Shown piece by piece: positions 48,674-61,881 of a stretch of 64,000 nucleotides of DNA (the stretch's first letter is position 1; the number at the start of each line of letters is the position of its first letter). This DNA comes from Blepharisma stoltei ATCC 30299. Lineage: Eukaryota > Protista > Ciliophora. The DNA is taken from NCBI GenBank assembly GCA_965603825.1, contig CBFDEM010000053.1, forward strand, positions 372,001 to 436,000, written 5' to 3'. The position numbers and the translations under genes were made by a program. The notes beneath the pieces were generated by a model. The model saw only the letters and a program-made list of their open reading frames with translations. It was not told the DNA's origin and did not search any database.

Positions 48674-50278
48674 TTACAGTTGCCTTAGGACTTTTTTTTG
48701 GATATTTTTTACGATTTCGTTAAATTGACTCATTCTGTATCTGTTAAGTGCCAACTCTGACCGCAGTTCTATAATTGATTTTGAGTTTTTGTGCCCTTCT
48801 GCGTTTCGGAGATGCTGCTCAAAGAAAAGTTCTTGGATTTTCATCTGTGAGAGCTGATTTCTCATTTCTTCAAAAATTGTGCCTAATAGTCTGGCGCAGG
48901 GCGAGTTTTGGTTTCGTTTAGAAAATTCAGCAATTGCTATAAATTTTCCTGGCCCGCGAGCTTGGATTTCATATTGATCCATCGCATAAGTCCAATCGGC
49001 TTCAAGGACGTCAATATTCATTTTGTATTCATTTAGCTCAATTTTTTGGAAAACTGGATTAAAAAGTGAATAAATTATATCCAAATTATAGTTCAATGAA
49101 GAATTCAAATTTTGCTTCAAAATTTCTTTTAATTCGTCTTCATAAAATTTCATTAATTCTTGCAGAGCATTATACATGTATTTTTCATGCCTTAAATGGC
49201 AGCCTAAAATACGACCTTCTGCTATATCTTTTTGTCCCTTGATGAAAAGCTTGATCATTTGTTCTTCAATTGGGATTTGTTTTATTATATCTTGTTTTGC
49301 TTTTTGGTATTCCAGCATAGAGTGAGCTGTGATTTCTTCATATTCTCGTTGGACTATGAAGTCCCAGGTATTCGGGACTGGTGGAATATTCCCATCATTT
49401 ATGAATTTTACGTAGTTTTCTAATAGTCTCAGTAGGTCTTTGCCTTTTATGCTTCTTCCTTTAACTTTTTTTACATTAGATCTCCTTATGGCTTCCCTTA
49501 TTTTTATAATTCCTTCTTTAAATTCTTCTTTCAGCTCATTAAAAGGAATTTCATCCATATTCTGCAGCATATTTTCGCTATCAACAGGTCTTGGCAACAC
49601 ATAGCAGTCTCTATTTTCAAAGGTTTGGCCAATTAGCTGCCTTCCCACTTGGATATTTTCTGCACTCCTCCCTTTGATTTGTTCTCTTAGCACTCTTTCT
49701 AAATACATTTTCGACGTAATTGGGTTCCCATTCTCGTCTTCTAGAGAAAGCACAAAATCTCTTAATATTCATATGAAATTTGGGGTAAGTTTTTCTGTGT
49801 CATCAGATGCTGACTAATTAAAAGTTACTTTTAAATTGAGACACTCAATAAAATACAGAGCAAGTACAAGCTGATTTATGCTGCCTTCGTCAATGACACC
49901 TTTTGAGTTATAGATTACTAAGGAGGACAATAATACGGCTAAGGCAAAAATTTTTGCATCATCTTTTGAGGATCTTGAGGTAGACCCAAAGCCTTCAATA
50001 TCAAGGTAAATAAGGGTTTTATCAGATAGAGGCTCTATGAACATTCATATGCCTTGGGTGAAAGCTCGGACGTCGTTTCCAACGCCAAAAGTGCTTCCTT
50101 GGATTCCTAATATAGAATTTAAAGCAAAGGATTTTCCAGTTCTGTAAGGTCCTGTCATAGAAATGACACTTATCGAGGATTTTATGTTAGATAAAGCTTC
50201 TGATCCTTCAGATGTTATTTCTAGCTGCCCATTCGGTGAATGAATTACTAAAGGGAGCGATGCTGCAAGTTTTTCCAT
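48674..50278 (-). CDS. Guanylate-binding protein/atlastin-like large GTPase
   Basis: GPYRTGKS, TQGI-W(TGA), LDIEG, DAKIFALAVLLSS..IYNS, FI-W(TGA)-ILRDF; intron 49814-49828. Confidence 0.93.
49814..49828 (-). other. 15-nt spliceosomal intron
   Basis: GTAACTTTTAATTAG; A10; in-frame TAG. Confidence 0.9.
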
Positions 50279-50610
50279 CTTAAAATTTATTTGAGAAATA
50301 TATCTGTTATTTGATAAATATTTTCTACTATTCAGAGGGAAAATATCATTTAAGTATATAATTAGGTGTTATATTTTTTATTATAAGTGCATGATGTTTC
50401 TCAGTTTTTAGGTAGGCTCAATTCTTTATTTCATTTATGATTCATAATACTTAAAATATGTTTTAGCATATATATGCTATTAATATCAATTTTTCAAAAA
50501 AGCAAAATTCTCATAAAGCTCATAAATTAATGTTTTTTACAATAGAAATGGCAATTATCTGATAAATTATTTTACTTAGGACCTTAAAAAACATGGTCAG
50601 AATTTTATAA

Positions 50611-51459
50611 ATGTCTGATATCAATGATCAATATGATCCATATTTTCAATGCTACAATGCTGTAAAATCTGACCCACTTTATTACTACTGTGGTGAATAT
50701 ACTACAATAAAAGAAATTTCTCAATCAGGAATTTATTCTGATAATTGCTTATCAGGCATGAAAATTCTTGACTTGGGATGTGGCTCAGGAAGAACCATTG
50801 CTCATTTATTTGAAAAAGGGGCCTCTGAAGCTGTCGGTCTAGATTTATCCCCACATATGGTCGAAGATGCAATAAGATTTTTAACTGAAATCGGAATTCC
50901 TCAAGACAAATTTTTAATAAAGCAAGCCAATTGTTTTTCATCAGCAGAGCTTTATAACGCCTTACCATTAGAGCAATATAGCGAGCATTTTGATGCGATA
51001 ACTGCACAATATTTGCATTGCTATGCAGAAAATTTGGATAAGCTTACTGAGTCATTTTTAGTATCCAATAAATGGTTAAAACGAGACGGAGTACTGTGCT
51101 TTACAGCCCCAAATCCTAAGATTGCGACAGAATTTGAATATTTCCAAGAATTAGCTGAAACCAGGAACTTTTTTCTTCAATTTAAAAGCCTGACGCACTC
51201 AAAAGAACAGATTCCAAAAGAAAAACTTGCTTTTAATAATCTAGAAACTGGCAAAGAATTGTTCAGTGTTTCAACTTTTCTTTACCAAATTAACCACTTT
51301 AGAGAGGCACTTAATCGAGGCGGATTTGAACTTATCAGTGCTAAGGGGTTAGAAATGAACCCTAATTCTGGCTTAAATCTTGATGATGACAGGAATATTT
51401 TGAGAGTAGGGGAATACTCTGATGGATATTCTTTTAAAGCTAAAAATAATAGTATTTAA
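50611..51459 (+). CDS. Class I SAM-dependent methyltransferase
   Basis: KILDLGCGSG, VGLDLS..M, FDAIT, LKRDG. Confidence 0.88.
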   Translation: MSDINDQYDPYFQCYNAVKSDPLYYYCGEYTTIKEISQSGIYSDNCLSGMKILDLGCGSGRTIAHLFEKGASEAVGLDLSPHMVEDAIRFLTEIGIPQDKFLIKQANCFSSAELYNALPLEQYSEHFDAITAQYLHCYAENLDKLTESFLVSNKWLKRDGVLCFTAPNPKIATEFEYFQELAETRNFFLQFKSLTHSKEQIPKEKLAFNNLETGKELFSVSTFLYQINHFREALNRGGFELISAKGLEMNPNSGLNLDDDRNILRVGEYSDGYSFKAKNNSI

Positions 51460-51543
51460 GAATTTTATTATCTGTTTTAAATAAATCGAGCAATATATAT
51501 TAGCATAATAGCAAAAAATAATAAGCGTTCCTTTTAAAAATTC

Positions 51544-52458
51544 TTATTTAGCTTCATTTGATTTTAACAACTTTTTAATGAGTTTTTTCTTATAGTGCTC
51601 AGTGAATGACTTAAACTTATTGTGATAAGTTTTTGCCAAATTTTCTTTAAAACTCCCTAAATCTTCCTTTAACCCTTTCAGTGCTGAAAAATATTTTTCT
51701 GTAAGTTCTAATGCTACATTCCTTCAATGCTCTTCGTCAGATTGGATTTTACAGTCTTTGCACAGCTGAGGCTCTTTTTTTACTTTCTTTTTCTTCAACA
51801 CAGCTTTTTGTGCAGGCTCATTTTTTATCCATTTCATTTCGTTTTCTTCTTTTTTCGCTTTTTCTTCTTGATCAGTCTTTATTTTCTGTAATTTTTCTTT
51901 CAGATTTTGATATTTAACCTTTATTTTCCCAATTTCAATATCTTTTTGCTTCTGGATTTTCAATAGATTTTCAATCTCAGCACACTTTAAATTCACTTGT
52001 ACTTTATGCTGCTCAATTTCTTGCTCAAGAATTTTAATTTGGCTTAAATTGCTGCCGCTTCTATTTTTCTGGATTTCATCAATAAGTTTTTCGAGCCTTT
52101 CAATTTCCTCCTGAAATCTTTCTTTTTCTTTGCTGTGGAGCTTTTCTTGCTCTATAAACCTAGCTTTAAGTTCTTTATAATGCTTGTGTCAGTCTTTTTC
52201 TGGTTTTTTTGGATTCTTATTTATTTCGGATATTAAAGGGGTTTTTACAGGTGATTCTTTTCTATCGATTTCTTCAAATTTATATACATTTTGAGGGATT
52301 TTACTATAATTTGGAATTATTTTGTCTTTCCTCCACTCATTAAGCTCTTTTTCTGCTAATTTTGTTTCTTGGTCAGCCTATTTATGTCCTACTTTCATCA
52401 AAATCTCCAGTCTCCTCTCTCTTTCCTCGCGGGAAAAGCCCTGCTTTATTATTTCCAT
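51544..52458 (-). CDS. Hypothetical coiled-coil protein
   Basis: ATG 52458, intron 52378-52392, TGA=Trp, TAA at 51544-51546. Confidence 0.72.
52378..52392 (-). other. 15-nt spliceosomal intron
   Basis: GTAGGACATAAATAG; A10; in-frame TAG. Confidence 0.82.
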
Positions 52459-52472
52459 TTAAATCAATTATA

Positions 52473-54009
52473 TTAAGAATCCAATATTTTATTTGCAATT
52501 TCCTCAAGAACAAATTTAATTGGGACTTTCTCATTAGTTCCTAATGCTTTTCTTGCCAACTAAATTAAAAATTACCTGAAGAAACATTTTCATTTCATGA
52601 ACAAATAAAAATAGCTGCTCAATTGCGTCAAACTCTTGGTCGTCATCTTTCAACTGAAATAGCTTCCTAAAATGCCCTAACGACTGTGCTTTAATGATCT
52701 AATTATTTTTTACTAAATTTTCACAGTCATAAATTTCAGTTCCAAAAGCAACTGCAATGTCTTTTTTAAAATCATTGAAATCTCTGGCTATATTTTTATA
52801 AGATTTTAGAGCTTTTATCGTTTCATCAACATCATCGTGCATATTACTCATAGTAAAAGGCTCATTGAAAAGCTCGATATGGATTTTATTTATTGAGTCT
52901 TCTAATGATTTTGATGCTAAATAAGCCCCTTTCAATTTTTCTATTTCTTTAAAAGCTTCAGGTACTCCTTGGACACCTAGTCTATCAAAGATGCCTTGAA
53001 TCGAATAAGAGTCTCTGCTCATTTGAAAAGAAGCATTAAGGAAACTTAAGTTTTCTGAAGATTTGCTGAAGCCTCGGTTGTCTTGAAGAGAAAGTCTCAT
53101 ACGCGAAATTTCTTGATCTTGCATTATGCGTTGCTGCTCATACATTAATATGATTGCCATAATTTTTATATCTGTGGGCTGCTTTTCATCATAATCTCGA
53201 TTCATCATTTTAAAGAAAACTTTTTTTTCTTTATCAATTACTGATGAATTTAAAATATCAACTATAGATTTTTCTGCTGATTTTAAATAGAGTTTTGCTT
53301 GAAGTTCTCTTATCAATGAATCTTTTCTATGTTGCTCCTTTTTAAACTTCCTCATTTTCTCATCCATCTGCATACAGATTTTTTCTAATTCTTTAACATC
53401 ATCCGCTAATTTATTATTTGTTTTTTCTGTTTTTAGAGCTTCGATTTTATTTTCAAGGTCATTTTGGCTGTCTTTAAGTTCATTTATTTCAGAAATAGCG
53501 TTTTGGTATTCAATTGACCTTTCTTTAAGAAGCTGATTTTGAGAGGTAAATTCATAAAGCAAATCTACTAAAGTATCAGCCATGCTGGAGCTATCAGGGA
53601 TTAAAAATTCGTCTTTTTCAATGAGGGTTATTGGGTGAAATCCGTACTCATTAAGCATATCGTTTATTTCGTTCCATAAAATTCCGCCTGTGCTTTCAGA
53701 TTCTTCGGAAGACTCTTCAAATTCTTTTTTCGGGCTAATTTTTTCACAGATTTCACAGATTTTTTTAATTTCTGTTTGAATGTCGTTAGATTGCTTAATA
53801 AATTCTTGGACACTGTTAGTAAGATTAGGCTTGGCTTCTTTATGATTATAAAATTTCTCTTGAGAAGAAGTCGTTTTAAGATTCCGAAGGCTTGGACTCC
53901 TTTTTGCGATTTCTAAGGTAGAAAGAGGAGATTTATTTGTTGTTTCTATCTTTGGATTGCCACTATACTCAGATAATAGAGAAGAAGTTGAAGATTGAGG
54001 AGATTCCAT
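52473..54009 (-). CDS. CEP70: Centrosomal protein CEP70-like
   Basis: WNEINDMLNEYGFHP, coiled coils, C-terminal HFRKLF...EQLFLFVHEMK...ARKALG after removing introns 52699-52713 and 52560-52575. Confidence 0.68.
52560..52575 (-). other. 16-nt spliceosomal intron
   Basis: GTAATTTTTAATTTAG; A six nt from the 3' end; restores a plausible C-terminus. Confidence 0.78.
52699..52713 (-). other. 15-nt spliceosomal intron
   Basis: GTAAAAAATAATTAG; A10; in-frame TAG. Confidence 0.87.
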
Positions 54010-54235
54010 ATAAGTATCTTCAAAACAATTATGAAAAATTATTTGATATATATGGAATAGCGAGGGCAAAGGAATCCTAAAATAAATCTCAAAAAAAATA
54101 AGATTTATTTACCAGTAGAAACAAATTTTATTATAGACTATATAATCAACGTTATAATCTGTTAAAAAATAATCTTTAAATGTTTAGAGAAATCTATTTT
54201 ATCATTAATTAAATTCGAAAATTTCCACTTTGAAG

Positions 54236-54724
54236 CTAAATCCCAAAGAACTGGAGGCTATTTTTCACTCTTCTCGCATCAAATTTAATTTTTGTAGCCA
54301 TTGATTTTACTTCACTGGAAGTCGGTAAAGGATCAAAATTTTTAACAATTTGTCGTTTATACTTTTTTGGCATTAGGCGGATTAAAGAATCTTTAATATT
54401 GCTTAAGTTCTGGCTTTTCTCAACTTCTGAAATATGGCTTTTAGAAATCTTGACTTCGCTGACTTTTCGAAAAAGCTCATGAATTTTGCTGCTTTTTCTT
54501 GCAGATCCTCGATGTATAAACAGTTTTGGTATTGAAGGCTTATTGAATTCTTGAGCTTCTTTTCTTGCATTTCAATATGACTCAATGTCTTTTGAAAGGT
54601 CAGTTTCATAGTTGCACTTTCTCCTTGATAAAGTGCTCATACTTCTTGGCAAACTCACATGCCGGGTAAAACGATGAATTTCGTCTACATCAGCCAAGCT
54701 TTTCCTTGATAAGTTTGGAAGCAT
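54236..54724 (-). CDS. Hypothetical basic protein
   Basis: ATG 54724 to TAG 54236-54238, open with one TGA=Trp; different frame from the listed 54403-54609 ORF. Confidence 0.6.
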
Positions 54725-54965
54725 TATTTATATTTGGCTAGTAAATTTATTTGGTGTATAGATTAAATTTTAGAATTACTATAAAAAATCAGTTAAAGTT
54801 CTATACATTTAGCTGTCTAGTGCAATTATGATAATATGAAATATGATTTTGGATAAATAGGTTATCATTATATATCCAAAACAGATGATTATTAACATAA
54901 CGTATAAAGGTTTATAAAAATGAGCCACAATTATTAAATAGCAAAATCATTGAAAATCTCATTAT

Positions 54966-56639
54966 TTATAGCTTACTTCTTCTCTCACTAGGACTAAACA
55001 AAGACTTATGCAAAATTCCTCTATTCTTCTTGCAAGGCTCAATAACTATAACTGGCAGACTTACATTGATTTTTTCTTTATTAGTAAAATATTTCCAATG
55101 GAGGAATGAATTTCTTATGGGAGCTAGCCCTTTTGATTTATTCATCATTCTTCTAGCAAACCATAATTTTTCAATGCCATGGTGAATTCTTATTCTTTTT
55201 ACAGAACTTTTTAAATCATCATATTTGTAAGATAAAGATGGTTTTGTCGATTTATTGATTGGGGATACAATCTCTGAGACAGTCTTTAGCTTTTTGCGAA
55301 GTGGCGAATTTTTGGTTAATTTTGGGGATTTTATTATTAAGTTTGAGCATTTCGATACTGCTGAAGAAGATCTTGAAGCAGATGGAGATATTGAAGCTGA
55401 AGGAGATCTTGAAGCTGATGGAGACCTTGAAGCGGATCGAGACCTTGAAGCAGATGGAGATCGCGATATGCTTTTCCGTATGTTTTTATTGGATTTTGAT
55501 GATTTTGACTCTTTCTTTAGAGGGCTTAGGCCTTTTTTATTTTTGCCATATCCTTTTGATTTTTTTGTTGAAAAATAAGCTAAAACTTGTGATCTCCAAA
55601 AGATTCATGCTATGATTTTCTTTTTCTCTAAAATTTTAGAACGGACTGAAAGCAGTTTTTGCATGGCTGAATTTTTGGACATACAATACATAGAGTGTTT
55701 TAACTGGCTTATTTTTTTAAAGCTATTTTCTCTAAGACTCCTAATAGTTTGTAATGCAGATACAGTGTAGCTTCATTTTAAAAAATTTTTTTGCTTTTGT
55801 TTGACTATATATTTATTAATGATTTTTCATAACAGTTTTTCTCTTAAAATTATTTTTTTCATTGAATCTAATGTGCTTTCCTTGATTTTTTTGAAGATTG
55901 ACTGGGCTATTAATGAAAGGGTATAAGAAAAGCTTTTACAACTTCTCCATCTTTGGTCAGAATATGGAGAAATACTTTGCTCAGTCCAATTTTCATTTGT
56001 GAATGTCATATTTGAAAGTGAGTTTTTTTCTATTGAGCTGCATTCAAGTTTTTTCATTGAAAGCCACCTGCCAAAGTAATTTCTTAATGTTTTTTGGGCA
56101 TTTTGCTTACATCTTAAATAAACAAATGCAATTGACCTGTGCACATATGAGTTTTTCTGTTTCTTTGAATTTTTAAGCAGTAAGAACGACTCTTTTGCTG
56201 CATTTTTTTGGTATTTTGAGACCATCTCGCTAAAAACTTTAGAAAACAGCTTATTTCTTAGGAAAACTGAAGGATCTTTTATACTGACTAGTGATCGCTG
56301 GCTTGATAATGGCTCACTACAGCAAGTCGAATTTTTAGTGCTTGTCATCGTCATCTGCAAATTTCTGAGTTTTTCACTTATCGTTTGATATTGGATTTTT
56401 GTGTTAATAATCAGCCGATTTTCTTTCAAAATTTCAATTTTTCCAATTCCTTTTTTCATTTTATTGCCTTTTAAAATTTCAAAAATCTTTTTCTTCATAG
56501 AGTCTTTTCTATGATTAACCACTTGCAAAACTAATCGCTCATATACACTTTTTGCATCAATTTGGTATTCTTTACGGATTTTTGGCTGCTGTTCTACAAT
56601 TGGGAATCTTTTGAGTTGAGTTTCATGACTCATCGCCAT
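54966..56639 (-). CDS. Basic protein with SRSPSA repeat tract and some Sfi1-like F..W motifs
   Basis: 55827-56639 and 54966-55148 are one frame through TGA=Trp; the 5' end may extend further. Confidence 0.68.
55366..55462 (-). repeat. 18-bp coding minisatellite (about 5 units)
   Basis: + strand unit GAGATCTTGAAGCAGATG variants; encodes SRSPSA-like hexapeptides on the - strand. Confidence 0.9.
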
Positions 56640-56959
56640 ATCTTTTAATTCTTTGAAAATTTGAAAATTTTCGGTTAATGCAAATTTACCTTATAAAGAT
56701 TAGAAATAATTCTTTTCAATATTTGAATTCAAATTCCATATTGAAAATTGAGGAATCTTATAAAATTGCTAATTTGATAATTTTTAAGGATTGATTAGAT
56801 CTATTGATTTTGTATAATTGTAAAATTAAAAAGATTATGATAAATTTTATATTTATTTGGTACTTATATTTGCATGGTATTTGTGAATTATGCTTCATTG
56901 TTTCTGTCCATATATTTAATTAGTAAGAAGTCTTAAACTAAACTCTTTAGGAAAATAAT

Positions 56960-57895
56960 TTACAAAGGCTTGTTTTCAATTGATACTTCTGTGTACTCTC
57001 GAGTAATTTTCACCCCTCTATAAAACTCATTCGGATTTATATTTTCATGATAAGGGCTGAGGATTTTTCTCCTATAAAACTGTGGAATCCCTCTTTTTTT
57101 ATATATCCAATATACTATATTTTTTCACAGTGACCCTCTAAAATAAGGATTTAGGTGCATTTCGTCCCATAAACCCTTTATTTTTTCATTCGTAGTCATG
57201 TTATTCATAACTAAATATAGATGGAACCCAAATAATCCTAATATCAACCACATAGCCAAAAAACAAAAAACAGCAATCACAATTGATGGGGTAGTTTTTG
57301 TATCTAAATTTGAATCATCATAAGTATCCACTATATGTGATAAGTTAATAGAAAAACTCACAACAGTCAAAGCAGAAACCGACGATAAAAACCCCATAAA
57401 ATCCTTATAGTTTCTTTTTCCTACACAATTTCCTATTCAAGGGCAATGATGATCAAACCCCTCAACACATAAATCGCAAATAGAGCAATGAGAACATCTA
57501 GGAGGTTTAAATATCAAGCAGGTTTGGCAGAATTTCAGTTTGATAACTGAACCATTATAAGGAACCAGAATTGGTTTTGGGCAGCCAATATATTCATTTA
57601 AGGCACTGCTCTGTTGAGAAACAAAAGGAACTATTTGTTTTGGGATATAACCAGGATCTGAAGTTGCAGCTTTAATTAGAGTTATCAGCGAAAGAGATGA
57701 TAGAAATAAAAGAATTACCAAAGGTCCAGCATCATCTTCATTGAGATAGTAGGAGCAAGCATAAATAATTGTAATAACATTCGGCACAATAATAAGTAAA
57801 GATGATATTACGCAGCGATATCAGTCAGGGCCTACCATTATTCATCCTTTTAGCAAAAAGTGATTCTTACCTTTCCAATATCTATATGTTCTCAT
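56960..57895 (-). CDS. DHHC palmitoyltransferase (ERF2/ZDHHC9-like)
   Basis: SDPG, [32 protein letters not shown](TGA)-IGNCVGKRNY, NMTTNE, NPY. Confidence 0.95.
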
Positions 57896-58190
57896 TTAAG
57901 TGTATGAAATTTTGGCAGTTTTATTAAGATAGATGAGTTTAAAAAAGAAAAAGATTAGATTCAAAGATTAAGTTCAATAACTAAGTCATGAATTCAAATT
58001 TCTTGTAAATGGCTTTATTTATATTTTATATTATCAAAAAAATAAATATTAGATTGAAAGCTCCAATTATTAATGTTACCTCATTATCTGTCAGTAATTG
58101 AATTATTTTATTTACACAACTTTATTAAAACTCTTTTAAATTATATATGTGTTTATTATATCATATAAATAATAAACATCCAAAGTATTA

Positions 58191-59628
58191 TTACTCAAGC
58201 ATTGTTTGGAGGTAGACCATATCTTCTTCAATTTTTCTTAAATAATCTTTCCCTCCATATATAAATGACTCGAAAGGCACATATAAATCATCAACTCATT
58301 TTTGTATCTTTTCTTTCAAAATCTTATTAGCTTTGCATATCTTTATAGCTATTTCTTTTCTTTCTTCTTTTTGAGCTTTACTGATGTGTTTGATCATTTT
58401 TTCTCTTAAATGAACTCTCTTCAAAATTCCTATCGTTTTTTTTCTGACTCCATACAGATCTAAACATTTTCCTAATAAACTTTTCACGTAAGCTGGAGCA
58501 GCTAGGCTATATTTTGCTTTGAATTTTATGATGTCTTCATTGGTTCCCAGCATTTCAATCAATAGAAGTTCCAAGGTGTACATCCCTTGATGGTGAATAG
58601 AGTCCAATTCAATTTCATCATTTGGAATACGATTTATGAGGCGTCTGAGGTCTTCAACCGATAAGCAGTTTTCACCAGGATTTTCATTTAATTTTATATG
58701 TAAATTTAATAGAGATTTTTTTCAGTCATCTGTTAAGTTTGAGTCATGCTCATTTAATAGGGACTCTGCTATAACTGGGGTTTCTATTGAGTTTATAGGA
58801 GAGGTGCTTTTAGACCTGCGAGCACTATTAACAGTGTTGTTTAAATTTATAGCGATTTTCTTTCGAGATGTATTTAATCTTGATGTTAGGGGGCTTGGGG
58901 TATTTTTGGCTTGATGAACTCTAGATGTTTTTATATTTTTTACTGATTGAACTCTTTGCCGAAAAGTAGGGGATCCTATAGAAAAATTACTTAAGAGGAA
59001 TTAAATCCAGCAGCAATTTTGGTTTTGCTTTGAAAATTTTAATAACGTTATTCCACACTTCAGGCTCTTTTATTTCTCTTAATTCTTCCATTATCAATTC
59101 AGGGCTGTCTTTTTTCATTATTTTATCAAGATTCCCTTTCTTATTTCTCGGCGAAATTTTCAATTTTGACCTCGAGGACTTCAAAAACTGTTCATAACGA
59201 GATTTTTCGTTAAATTTTTTTTTCTAAGTAAAACTTACAAATAGTTCTTTTAATTTCAATTCAGGAAAATTTTTATATGGTGGTTTCATAGAGGATTTTA
59301 AAGTTTGACTGTTAAGATTGTCTGAGATGTCTTGCTTATCAATAATTGTTTTAACGCTGTCATTTCTTGGAATTTCTTTTTTTGATTGACTGAATTTATA
59401 GCATTTATATGTTGGCTTTATACCCAAAGGTGTAATTTCAACAGCACCTTTTCTTTTGTGAGATTTTATAGTAGATCCAGTTGAACTCTTGCATAAATCC
59501 TCATCATTAAAATTTTTGCTTAAAATATGTGAAAGATTTAAGTTTTTCGAGTTAGCTATATTCAAATATTTGGGTTTCAACGGAGGTGTTTCTGAAGAGG
59601 ACAAGAAGCTTTGTGTATTTTCATCCAT
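58191..59628 (-). CDS. Hypothetical protein, C-terminus resembling CCDC87/MAP65-like (F.Y.G.DYL.K..D); internal junction unresolved
   Basis: Intron 59224-59238; frame changes near 58976-58990; C-terminal KYS...RE...W..PF..GKDYLRKIEED; TAA at 58191-58193. Confidence 0.5.
59224..59238 (-). other. 15-nt spliceosomal intron
   Basis: GTAAGTTTTACTTAG; A10; in-frame TAG. Confidence 0.87.
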
Positions 59629-59655
59629 TTTTAATTAAAAACATTAATTCTATAT

Positions 59656-60342
59656 TTAAGCTGGATTTTCGCAGGCTTTTGCCTCCTCAAGGGTTTCAAT
59701 TATCATTTTTGTGTCAGATTCTTCTTTTTCTCCCTCTTCAATTTCCATAATTTCAGAATTTAAGTTTTCATGGAATTTTGAGGTAAAGGCATCGCATTGC
59801 AACTGAAAATTTGTGACTGAGGTTTGCATTAGCTGCAAGCTCTCTGGGATTTTCTTTATTGAGTCTTCAATTTCTTTGCATTTTGCTTGCTTGGAATCTA
59901 AAATTTGTTTGAGTGATTGGAGCTCTTCTGATAGTTTTATTCGCTTAGCATGCTCATCCTTGAGGGCTTTCATAACAATCTCTCTATCTCCTGTTGTATC
60001 AATCCCCAATTTATTGAGCTCTTTGGTTTCCAAATCTTTTGCTGCTTGAATTTCTCTAGTGAGTCCCATTTTTTCGAACTCGTAGCTTTTAAGCTGGTCA
60101 ACTAAAGAGTCTGTATATTCTCTTTGATTATTTAATTGGGTTTTGACTTTTTCCACTGAAAATTTTAGCTGGCGTTCTTTCTTCCTTAAGTCCATGAGAT
60201 AAATTTTGTTCTTTCTCATCAAAGATTCTCCTTCCTTTGAATTATTTAGTTTAAACGAAGAAAAAATTGCCTCAATGTTTTGCTTTGACTCAGATATACA
60301 AGTTTTCCAATCCTGGGCTTCTTGCAAAATGTTGTTTTCCAT
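59656..60342 (-). CDS. THO complex subunit 5-like (N-terminal coiled-coil region)
   Basis: LRKKERQL...TDSLVDQLKSYEFEKMGLTREI...ALKDEHAKRIKL resembles the THOC5/FMIP pattern. Confidence 0.6.
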   Translation of the reverse strand: MENNILQEAQDWKTCISESKQNIEAIFSSFKLNNSKEGESLMRKNKIYLMDLRKKERQLKFSVEKVKTQLNNQREYTDSLVDQLKSYEFEKMGLTREIQAAKDLETKELNKLGIDTTGDREIVMKALKDEHAKRIKLSEELQSLKQILDSKQAKCKEIEDSIKKIPESLQLMQTSVTNFQLQCDAFTSKFHENLNSEIMEIEEGEKEESDTKMIIETLEEAKACENPA

Positions 60343-61064
60343 TAGTATAATTTTACCAGCTATTCTTATATATAAGATAAAAATTGTCACTAATAAGTCT
60401 CAAATGCAAATATGTAAAAGAATAGATATATAAAAGAAATGCCTAAATTAACTAGAAATTATTGTCAGAAACCAGAGTTTTCTTAGCAAAAATAAATAAT
60501 ATTAGGTTTTAAAAGAGACTCGCGAAATAACCTTTTGATTTTCAATCAAAGATTAAACCAAATACAAAGAAAATAAAATTTAGTTATAAGCATTTAGATC
60601 GTAAAGGTTAAAATTATCTAACATATACAGAGGAATAAAATTGAAGACAAAGTTTAGTGTCATTAGGCAGGATTGGGCACAAGTCCTCACACGCATATAA
60701 GGTTACTTATGATCTGGTTTTGTTAAATGGCTTGCAAATATTAGTTATAGGATGGTTGAATATATCAAGGACTCGTGATAAATTAAAATTTTAACATTAT
60801 ATTGTGTGAAATTGTATAAAAATTTAAGAAAATTCTGAGCATTGCTTTTTCTAAACTTCTGAATATAAATTAAAACCAATATTTGAATAATTTGCAGCTA
60901 TAGCCCAAGCCTGGGCTATAATTTTTATATTTATCTAAAAAGTTCACTTATTAACTTGCAATATAATGTATCTTTATTATAAAAACATAAACCAAAAATT
61001 CTTAGCCATACTCCTCACACATTCGCTTGCATTCTTTAAATTTCTCCTAATAAAACATACAAAT

Positions 61065-61679
<615 letters not shown>

Positions 61680-61881
61680 TGCTGAGATTATTATAAATAG
61701 CATTAATTAAATAATGTACTTCAGAGTGATATTTATTTCTATTATTGCATTAACCTGAAATCTTCTTATTAATTTAGTTCTTTGAGTTAAAGTGCAAGTT
61801 GATATATTTAATATTATTATGTTGAATAATTCATACTTTAATTACCATAAAAGGAGCTATCATAGCTGATAGTGGATAAAA

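Noticed and set aside
60640-60780. Slightly GC-richer intergenic patch, possible ncRNA
   Set aside because: No recognisable tRNA, snRNA or snoRNA motifs or stable fold by eye.
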